Of a stretch of 54,878 nt of DNA, positions 48,185-54,878 are shown in pieces. A program made the translations under genes and the position numbers. The stretch is from Candidatus Levyibacteriota bacterium (GTDB lineage Bacteria; Patescibacteriota; Microgenomatia; Levybacterales; UBA12049), in contig JAJDCH010000008.1 of NCBI GenBank assembly GCA_029260905.1, positions 1-54,878 on the forward strand. Direction: 5' to 3'. A model generated the notes under the pieces. The model made no database searches, was not told the origin of the DNA, and was given only the letters and a program-made list of their open reading frames with translations. Each line of letters begins with the position of its first letter. The first letter of the stretch is position 1.

Positions 48185-48240
48185 TTGACACGTTATTGAT
48201 AAATATTTAATAATGATTACAGATCAATAAATATTGATCT
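48185..48240 (+). promoter_or_regulatory. Pilin promoter with a downstream 20-bp palindrome
   Basis: TTGACA (48185-48190), TAATAAT at 48208-48214, then AGATCAATA-AA-TATTGATCT (48221-48240). Confidence 0.6.
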
Positions 48241-48254
48241 AATTTTTTAAAAAT

Positions 48255-48743
48255 ATGACTGCCCAAATTTCAAAACTTAAAAAAGGTTTCACGCTTATAG
48301 AGCTTCTAGTTGTTATCGGAATTTTAGCTATTCTTCTAGCAATCACTCTTATCGCCATCAACCCCGCAAGACAATTCGCCCAAGCAAATAATACTCAAAG
48401 AAATAGCGATGTTAATGCTATATTAAATGCGATTGGACAATATGCTGCTGAAAACTCAGGTCAACTTCCAGGTGATGATCCTGTTGCTCCAGCAAATAAT
48501 GAAATTACCACTACTGTACAAAATATCTCTGAAGCAGGAGCAGATATTTGTGGAGATCTAGTTCCGGATTACATTGCACAACTTCCAGCTGATCCATCTC
48601 TGGGAGGTCCAATAGCTGCAACATGTCCTGCATTATATGACACAGAGTATCAGGTGGTAAAAAGTGCTTCGGATAGCAGAGTAACTGTCTCAGTATTACC
48701 AGCAAACGAAGAGCTTGATGTATCTATATCAGTAACAAGATAG
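48255..48743 (+). CDS. Type IV pilin (probable major pilin)
   Basis: KG|FTLIELLVVI, INPARQF, two Cys; has its own promoter and terminator. Confidence 0.92.
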   Translation: MTAQISKLKKGFTLIELLVVIGILAILLAITLIAINPARQFAQANNTQRNSDVNAILNAIGQYAAENSGQLPGDDPVAPANNEITTTVQNISEAGADICGDLVPDYIAQLPADPSLGGPIAATCPALYDTEYQVVKSASDSRVTVSVLPANEELDVSISVTR

Positions 48744-48769
48744 GTCACTAATATAGAAAATGAATATAT

Positions 48770-48793
48770 AAACTACCGAAAGGTAGTTTTTTT
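48770..48793 (+). terminator. Intrinsic terminator after the first pilin
   Basis: AAACTACC-GAAA-GGTAGTTT with GNRA loop and T run. Confidence 0.85.
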
Positions 48794-49033
48794 GTAGGTA
48801 TATATTTATAAATATGAAGAATCAATAATTAGAATTGTATTCCTAACTGGATACCGGGGATGCCGCATGTTGCAAACTTCTTTCTTTGCATGATATATAA
48901 AAAAATATAAGAAGGAAAGAGTAGATAAAGTTTATAGATAAGATAAGGAGCGAAAAGAGATGGAAAAGTATTTCTCAAACTTATAACAGAGAGGGGCAAA
49001 TTGAAATTTGCTACTTATTAAAAACAAGGTAGT

Positions 49034-49291
49034 TTATTTTTTCTTCTTTTTCGCTTTTGAAGATTTAGAGGTTGCCTTTTGGCTAGAGTTTCCAACTAGA
49101 TAGAGAAGACCGATGAGAAATCCTCCTCCGACTATTGCAAACAAAGTATAGTTTCTTAAAGCCTCTATATCATCAAAGAAATATTCTTGATTGGTTATAA
49201 ATTTATTAAAAATAACATAAGCAATAAGAAGGATAAGTAAAGCAATTATTGCCTTTGCTGTACTGTGTGTTTCGTGAGTTTTTAAAGCCAT
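49034..49291 (-). CDS. Small two-TM membrane protein with basic tail
   Basis: Two hydrophobic helices, KAKKKK end; TATAAT 5 nt before ATG, TTGACA further upstream. Confidence 0.75.
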   Translation of the reverse strand: MALKTHETHSTAKAIIALLILLIAYVIFNKFITNQEYFFDDIEALRNYTLFAIVGGGFLIGLLYLVGNSSQKATSKSSKAKKKKK

Positions 49292-49359
49292 TATCTATTA
49301 TATGAATAAATAAGTAGTCTCTGTCAAGCATTAAAAATAACACGAAAAGATTAAGTTGC

Positions 49360-49388
49360 TTGACGCTGCAAAATTAATCATACATAAT
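49360..49388 (+). promoter_or_regulatory. Promoter of the second pilin
   Basis: TTGACG-17 nt-CATAAT. Confidence 0.65.
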
Positions 49389-49405
49389 TAATTAGGACTT
49401 GAAAT

Positions 49406-49876
49406 ATGACTGCCCAAATTTCAAAACTTAAAAAAGGTTTCACGCTTATAGAGCTTCTTGTTGTTATTGGAATTCTAGCAATTCTACTTGCCGTTACGTT
49501 AATTGCTATTAACCCCGCAAGGCAATTTGAGCAAGCTAACGATGTGCAAAGAAGGTCTGATGTTAATGTTATTTTAAATGCTATTAATCAATATTCAATA
49601 GATCAAAGCGAGCTTCCTGGAGACGGTTTGGGTTCTCCAGATCTTATAACAACATCAGACAGAAATATTTCAAGCTCAGAGGTGAATATCTGTGCTCTTC
49701 TTAGGCCATTGTATGTTGCAGCTCTGCCCACTGATCCTGATTCTTCGCATGTAGGAAGTTCTCTTTCTCCTTGTCCGGGTAGCTATGATACAGAATATGC
49801 TGTCAGAAAAACTCCTGATGGTAGAATTGTGGTTTCAGCTCCAAATGCTAGCACTACTGTCGAGGTAACAAGATAG
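49406..49876 (+). CDS. Type IV pilin paralogue 2
   Basis: Same leader as 48255..48743, FTLIEL, INPARQF, ends VTR. Confidence 0.92.
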   Translation: MTAQISKLKKGFTLIELLVVIGILAILLAVTLIAINPARQFEQANDVQRRSDVNVILNAINQYSIDQSELPGDGLGSPDLITTSDRNISSSEVNICALLRPLYVAALPTDPDSSHVGSSLSPCPGSYDTEYAVRKTPDGRIVVSAPNASTTVEVTR

Positions 49877-49883
49877 TAAAGAA

Positions 49884-50411
49884 ATGAATACTAATTACCA
49901 CGAATTTTCAAGCAAAGGATTTACCCTCATAGAGTTAATGGTTGTAATTGGTATTTTTTCTGTTCTTCTTGCTATCACGCTTGTAGCTCTAAACCCCGCA
50001 AGGCAGTTTGCACAGGCAAATAATACAAAAAGGGGTAGCGACACACAAGCAATCTTAAACGCGATAGGACAATACTCAGTCCAAAATAGCGGTAATTTAC
50101 CTGAAGGAAGCGGAACAAATGGTGGCATGATTCTTCTTTCAGATTGTACAGTGGGATCTCCATGTCTCATTTCAAACGATGCTGCAGTTTTGACCCCCAA
50201 AATAGACCTTTGCGGAGTGCTTATCACAGATTATCTCGCTGAGTTGCCGATTGATCCTGTTTCTGGCGAGGGAACACCGACAGGCTCCTGTATAACTGAT
50301 TACAATACGGGATATTTTGTTTATCAAGCTGCATCAAGCAATAGAATTACGGTTTTAGCTCCAGATACAGAATTACAACCAGAAGTGAGCGTAATTTCCG
50401 TTACAAGATAG
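49884..50411 (+). CDS. Type IV pilin paralogue 3
   Basis: KG|FTLIELMVVI, LNPARQF, four Cys, ends VTR. Confidence 0.92.
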   Translation: MNTNYHEFSSKGFTLIELMVVIGIFSVLLAITLVALNPARQFAQANNTKRGSDTQAILNAIGQYSVQNSGNLPEGSGTNGGMILLSDCTVGSPCLISNDAAVLTPKIDLCGVLITDYLAELPIDPVSGEGTPTGSCITDYNTGYFVYQAASSNRITVLAPDTELQPEVSVISVTR

Positions 50412-50486
50412 TTTTGTAAAAATTTATTATTTTTTTGACTGGTTTCGTTATAAATGGGCATATATTGTTATAATAAGACATAAGAT

Positions 50487-50981
50487 ATGAAGTTTTATTT
50501 CAATTTTTGGATAATTACTTTAGCAATTTTTTTCTTCATAGTAATTGCAAACATGGGAGATCAAGAATGGGACACATTTAGTACAAGTGTATTGATCACA
50601 GATATTTTAGCAGGAATTTTTGCTTTCTTGGCATTTGCTATTTCTGTATTTAGAAAATATTATAATAAAATATCATGGTCTTCATTATTCGGATATATAT
50701 TTTTTCTTGTACTAATTTTTAGTCCATTATTATTTAGTGATAATGAAAGCAGAAGTAACGAAGGTGCTGAGAATTACATTCAAACAGATTTTACTGAGAT
50801 GGAAACGTTTGAAAGAAATGATAACTATAGCAAAGAGAGAGATTATGAAACCACTGGCGATTTGGATTGTGATGATTTTTATGATCAAAATGAAGCGCAG
50901 GATTTTTTTGAATCAGAAGGCGGACCAGATCAAGACTTTCATAATTTAGATAGGGATGGTGATGGAATAGCTTGCGAGTAA
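50487..50981 (+). CDS. Membrane protein with Excalibur calcium-binding domain
   Basis: Three TM segments, then DLDCDDF...LDRDGDGIACE (DxDxDGxxCE). Confidence 0.85.
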   Translation: MKFYFNFWIITLAIFFFIVIANMGDQEWDTFSTSVLITDILAGIFAFLAFAISVFRKYYNKISWSSLFGYIFFLVLIFSPLLFSDNESRSNEGAENYIQTDFTEMETFERNDNYSKERDYETTGDLDCDDFYDQNEAQDFFESEGGPDQDFHNLDRDGDGIACE

Positions 50982-50989
50982 TTATGAAT

Positions 50990-52033
50990 TTATTTCGCTA
51001 ATTTTTCTTTGAAGTAATCGACCCAGGGGTTGGTAGCAGGGTTTTGCTTGTATTCAAGCGCAAGAAATAGTGTCAGATAAGATCCATACTGAAGAACCTC
51101 CAGGAAGTCTTCATAAATAGTTGATCCTGAAGTCCTCAAGTCATGAACAGGAAATTTGTTTTCTCTAACCACCTCTGATGTAAGTTTTACACGTTTTTTT
51201 ATCTTTTCTGAGTAATTGGGTGAGTTAAGGATAATAAACTCAAGAGGGGACTTCTCAGGGAATTTAAGACCCTCCATAAGATGATGATTAAGATCTGGAA
51301 TCAAGAAAAAAGATGAAAAAGTCTTACTTGTCTCATTAAATTGGTTTCTCAAAATTTGCGCGTTTCCTGCCAAGTGCTCAGCTGCAAAAATAACCGGTAT
51401 TTTCCCAATATATTTTTTATAATCGTTCTGAGCCTGATTTCTGATCACATCTTTTGTTTCAGTAAGTCTTATGAGAGAGTTTTCAATCTCATGTTCTTCA
51501 ATATCAATAACTCCTGTTTTATTGAGAAGGCCAATCAATCCAAGTATCGTATAGCCATTTCCAAGTCTTGGTACACCTGCTGGGTTTAGCTTGCCATCAA
51601 AAATATATGCTGGATATTCATTTTCTTTTGCAAATACAGATAAAGGGCCTCCCTTGGTAAGTACAATAATTTTTGCATTCTTTGATTTGGCATCTTCTCC
51701 GCATGATATGACCTCCTCAGTGGTGCCTGAATAGCTTGTGAGAACCACTAGAGAGTTGGAGTCAACGTAGTCAGGTACAAAGTAGTCAGAAATTATCTCA
51801 ATGGGAAAGGGAAGTGAGCGTCCATAAAGAGCTTTGAGAACAAGCGCGCCATAGATTGATGCCCCCATTCCACAAAATACTATGTTTTTAATTTCTCCCA
51901 GATGTGGAGGAAGATTGAGAACATTTACTTCATTCCAAGCAGCCTCGCATTGCTTAAGCAGTCCCTTGGTTGATCCGTAAGTGTCTTTGGGATCAAGTTT
52001 TTTTAGTTCATCTTGATTTGAAAAATCTATCAT
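50990..52033 (-). CDS. Bifunctional phosphoglucose/phosphomannose isomerase (SIS family)
   Basis: CGMGAS, SYSGTTEE, PR motif, NQFNETSK, PDLNHH. Confidence 0.88.
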   Translation of the reverse strand: MIDFSNQDELKKLDPKDTYGSTKGLLKQCEAAWNEVNVLNLPPHLGEIKNIVFCGMGASIYGALVLKALYGRSLPFPIEIISDYFVPDYVDSNSLVVLTSYSGTTEEVISCGEDAKSKNAKIIVLTKGGPLSVFAKENEYPAYIFDGKLNPAGVPRLGNGYTILGLIGLLNKTGVIDIEEHEIENSLIRLTETKDVIRNQAQNDYKKYIGKIPVIFAAEHLAGNAQILRNQFNETSKTFSSFFLIPDLNHHLMEGLKFPEKSPLEFIILNSPNYSEKIKKRVKLTSEVVRENKFPVHDLRTSGSTIYEDFLEVLQYGSYLTLFLALEYKQNPATNPWVDYFKEKLAK

Positions 52034-52467
52034 AATTCTCCTCTTTCTTTTTTGCGTTGTTCAGGCGTCTCATCAGGCCTACTATAATCATCTTCAAGTC
52101 TTAAGGTTGTTCCCATTTCTGGTGTTGAAACCTCAATAATATCGCAGTCTGTTATTCCAACCAGTCTATGTTTTTGTCCTAGTGCGCACGTATAGCCCTT
52201 GCCTTTTTCCATTTCTGTCTCAACCATGTTGCCATCTTTGTCTTCCCAGATAATTTTTCCCTTCCCACTCATCAGAAACCAACTTTCTTGTTTCATGTCA
52301 TGAATTTGAAGTGATAATCTCGCTCCTGCCTTAATATGTTCAATTTTTCCCATATATGGGAGGTCTTCTGGTGCGAAATGAAGCTCGTAGCCCCAGGGTT
52401 TCTCGACTCTTTTTATATAAGGATCGTTTTTAAATTTTGTTTTATCAATATTATTGATGTCAAACAT
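52030..52467 (-). CDS. Cupin protein (mannose-6-phosphate isomerase type II C-domain-like)
   Basis: VEKPWG, RLSLQIH..KQE, KHRL, EVSTP, RLEDDYSR. Confidence 0.8.
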   Translation of the reverse strand: MFDINNIDKTKFKNDPYIKRVEKPWGYELHFAPEDLPYMGKIEHIKAGARLSLQIHDMKQESWFLMSGKGKIIWEDKDGNMVETEMEKGKGYTCALGQKHRLVGITDCDIIEVSTPEMGTTLRLEDDYSRPDETPEQRKKERGEL

Positions 52468-52518
52468 AGTTAATATTTACATAAATTATCATACTACAAA
52501 TTCTTTAACTTGTGTAGC

Positions 52519-53481
52519 TTATTGTGGGAGTTTGTGATGGTGGGTTGTTACATATCTAAGTGTGCCTGTTATTCCTCTTAAAACCATAGAATGGGTTATG
52601 TGTTTCCCATCTTGAACCCTAACTCCTGGTAAAAGAGGCCCATCTATAACACCTGTTGCTGTAAAAGTTAACTCTTCTCCTTTTGCCAAATCTTCAGCAG
52701 AGAGAATTTTATCTGGATTTCTGACTCCTGCCTTTTTTAGTTCATTTAAATCTTTTTCGCCACGAGGAGCGAATCTACAGTGAATTTGTCCACCAAGTAT
52801 TTTAAGAGCTGATGCTGCAATTACAGCTTCAGTGCTTGCCCCGACTCCCATTAAAAGATCAATGCCCGAATCAGGAAAGCATGGAGCAAGCGCGCCTGCT
52901 ATATCTCCATCTGTGATTAGTCTTAGTCGTGCGCCAGTTTTTTTAATCTCATCCATTAGCTTGTGATGACGTGGACGATCAAGCACCATTACTGTAATTT
53001 CAGATACATTTTTGCCAAGCGCTTTTGCTGTTTTTTTGATATTTGTGCTAGTTGGAGCGTCAAGATCTATTACCTTTGCTGCCAGAGGACCAGCTGCTAT
53101 TTTATTCATGTACATGTCTGGAGCGTGAAGAAGAGAGCCTTTTTCACCAGCCGCTATGACTGTTATTGCATTGTAGCGGCCAAAAGCAACGCTGTCTGTA
53201 CATTCAAGCGGGTCAACCGCTATATCCATGACTGGTTTGGTTCCTTTTCCGACAACTTCTCCGGTGTAAAGTTGTGGCGCCTCATCCTTAGTACCCTCAC
53301 CAATCACAACAGTTCCTTTAAAATCTATTTGTCCAAGTCTCATTCGCATCTGATTGACCGCTGCCTGATCTGCTGAATTCTTATCTCCAAAGCCAATCCA
53401 TTGTGCTGCACCAATTGCAGCAGCTTCGGTAACTCTGACAAATTCCAATGCTAAATTTCTACTGTAGGTACTTGCTTTCAT
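52519..53481 (-). CDS. glpX: Class II fructose-1,6-bisphosphatase
   Basis: RVTEAAA, VIGEG.KDEAP, AVDPLE, APDMYM, LDRPRH, DGD, ATGV. Confidence 0.95.
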   Translation of the reverse strand: MKASTYSRNLALEFVRVTEAAAIGAAQWIGFGDKNSADQAAVNQMRMRLGQIDFKGTVVIGEGTKDEAPQLYTGEVVGKGTKPVMDIAVDPLECTDSVAFGRYNAITVIAAGEKGSLLHAPDMYMNKIAAGPLAAKVIDLDAPTSTNIKKTAKALGKNVSEITVMVLDRPRHHKLMDEIKKTGARLRLITDGDIAGALAPCFPDSGIDLLMGVGASTEAVIAASALKILGGQIHCRFAPRGEKDLNELKKAGVRNPDKILSAEDLAKGEELTFTATGVIDGPLLPGVRVQDGKHITHSMVLRGITGTLRYVTTHHHKLPQ

Positions 53482-53521
53482 AGAACTATTATAAATATTT
53501 TTGTTTTTATTGCAAACATTA

Positions 53522-54277
53522 TTAGCTATTTATTGTTTTAAGTATTTCATTATGTAGTATCCCATTTGAAACAATTAAATTTTTAGAACCTAGACTCCAA
53601 GGTTTTCCTTCAAAATCAGAAACTTGCCCGCCTGCCTCTTCAATAATACGAACAAGCGGCGCATAATCCCAAGGAGTTGCAAAAGAATCGATGACAAAGT
53701 CCATTTTGCCTGATGCAACAAAGCTAAAAGTATAAGCGTGTTCGTAGGATCTGAGATTTGCGCCTTTTTTGCCCAATTTTAAAATAAGTTCGGGTTTTTT
53801 AAAATGAGTTATTCCACCAAAGCTTGCAAAAGCATGCTCAAGTTTTCTGGTTCCAGAAACATGAATTCTTTTGCCGTTGAGATAGGCCCCTTTTCCACGT
53901 TCTGCATACACAAGCATGTTTTGTGTTGGTATATAGCAGACACCTACCTGAACAGTATTATTTTTATAATAAGCAATTAAAATTGACCATTGAGCAATTC
54001 CTTTTGCAAAAACACGTGTTGCATCGATTGGATCTATTATCCAAAACTCACTGTGGTCAGTATGACCACCTGATTCTTCAGCCAAAATATTTGCATCAGG
54101 ATATTTTGATTTTATAAATTTAATTATTTGTTTTTCTGTATCGAGATCTGCTTTTGTGAGAATGGATTTATTTTCTTTGAGGGTAATTCCAAGATCAAGT
54201 TCTTTGTCAAAATATTTTAGAGCTGTTTTAGCACCAGTCTTGGCAGCAGCAATTGCAACTTTCAGCTCATTTGACAT
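53522..54277 (-). CDS. Inositol monophosphatase family phosphatase
   Basis: TKAD, AEE, WIIDPIDAT, PWDYA. Confidence 0.9.
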   Translation of the reverse strand: MSNELKVAIAAAKTGAKTALKYFDKELDLGITLKENKSILTKADLDTEKQIIKFIKSKYPDANILAEESGGHTDHSEFWIIDPIDATRVFAKGIAQWSILIAYYKNNTVQVGVCYIPTQNMLVYAERGKGAYLNGKRIHVSGTRKLEHAFASFGGITHFKKPELILKLGKKGANLRSYEHAYTFSFVASGKMDFVIDSFATPWDYAPLVRIIEEAGGQVSDFEGKPWSLGSKNLIVSNGILHNEILKTINS

Positions 54278-54280
54278 AAA

Positions 54281-54877
54281 TTATTCCGTTGAGTTTTCTT
54301 TTATAAGATTTATTATTTCTTCTTGCTTTTCTTTCATTGTGGCATCATTAAAACTTTCTACATTTAGCCTCAACAGCGGTTCGGTATTTGAGGTTCTTAC
54401 ATTAAATCTCCAATCAGGATAGTTAACGGTTACCCCATCAAGTGTTACAAGTTTTCCGTCACTATATTTTTCTTTCAGTAAATCTAGTATTTCAAGAGCG
54501 TTTGATACTCTAAAATTTACCTCTCCTGATTCATAACTTCTTCTTAGATCATTTGCTACTTCGGATAGTGTTTTTCCCTCATCAGAAAGTACTTTTAGAA
54601 CACAAATGAGAGTTGCTAATTGTGATTCTGCATTTCCATTTTCTTTGAAGTAAAAATGACCTGATGATTCTCCTGCAAAAAGCCCATCATTTTTTGCCAT
54701 TGCCTCAGTAATAAATGCATGCCCGACACGAGTCATAACATATTTGCCTCCATATTCTTCGATTATTTTTTGGGTCGCTAAGGTGTATCGTATATCGCAA
54801 AGTATAGTTGCTCCTGGATTTTCTTTGAGTAGCTCTCTGGCAACTAGCGCTGTGATAATAGTTGCGGGAACTACTTG
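54281..54877 (-). CDS. Phosphomannomutase/phosphoglucomutase (5' part outside window)
   Basis: Frame open to the window edge; RVGH, GESSGHFYF, DGV, RTSNTEPLLRLNVE. Confidence 0.93.
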   Translation of the reverse strand, partial: QVVPATIITALVARELLKENPGATILCDIRYTLATQKIIEEYGGKYVMTRVGHAFITEAMAKNDGLFAGESSGHFYFKENGNAESQLATLICVLKVLSDEGKTLSEVANDLRRSYESGEVNFRVSNALEILDLLKEKYSDGKLVTLDGVTVNYPDWRFNVRTSNTEPLLRLNVESFNDATMKEKQEEIINLIKENSTE

Positions 54878-54878
54878 A

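Noticed and set aside
48829-48978. 49-codon minus-strand ORF or ncRNA between pilin 1 and the small membrane gene
   Set aside because: TTG start, low-complexity purine-skewed sequence, no motif or convincing structure.

Overview
Compact, AT-rich bacterial chromosomal segment read in genetic code 11 (TGA, TAA and TAG all act as stops). Gene content and style suggest a Patescibacteria/CPR genome, probably Microgenomates; this is inference only. In order: 5'-truncated parB, lepB, two stop-interrupted genes (alpha/beta hydrolase, GT2), a surface-glycan cluster (GT2/GT4/Wzx/O-antigen-ligase-like), an Ig-like protein, tRNA-Thr, a full F1Fo ATP synthase operon, dnaE, gatCAB, murT/gatD, htpX, lemA, polX, tRNA-Asp, a LysM protein, tRNA-Gly, pyrG, rplS, yraN, pyk, uvrB/lexA, rsmI, gpmA, a degenerate PEP-synthase-like gene, an Hpt + receiver + type IV pilus operon with three major-pilin paralogues, and a sugar-phosphate operon. 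No CRISPR array, rRNA, integrase or transposase was seen. Best second-look items: (1) a Val/Ala/Leu-rich leader peptide with full attenuator structure upstream of a pyruvate kinase lacking its allosteric domain; (2) a kinase-less Hpt/receiver pair heading the pilus operon, divergent from a PEP-synthase-derived phospho-His pseudo-enzyme; (3) many degenerate 7-nt tandem repeats, both in-frame in core genes and intergenic; (4) pervasive leaderless promoters, including a 15-bp bidirectional one; (5) a 57-bp identity tract between pilin paralogues. All calls were made by eye, without database searches.
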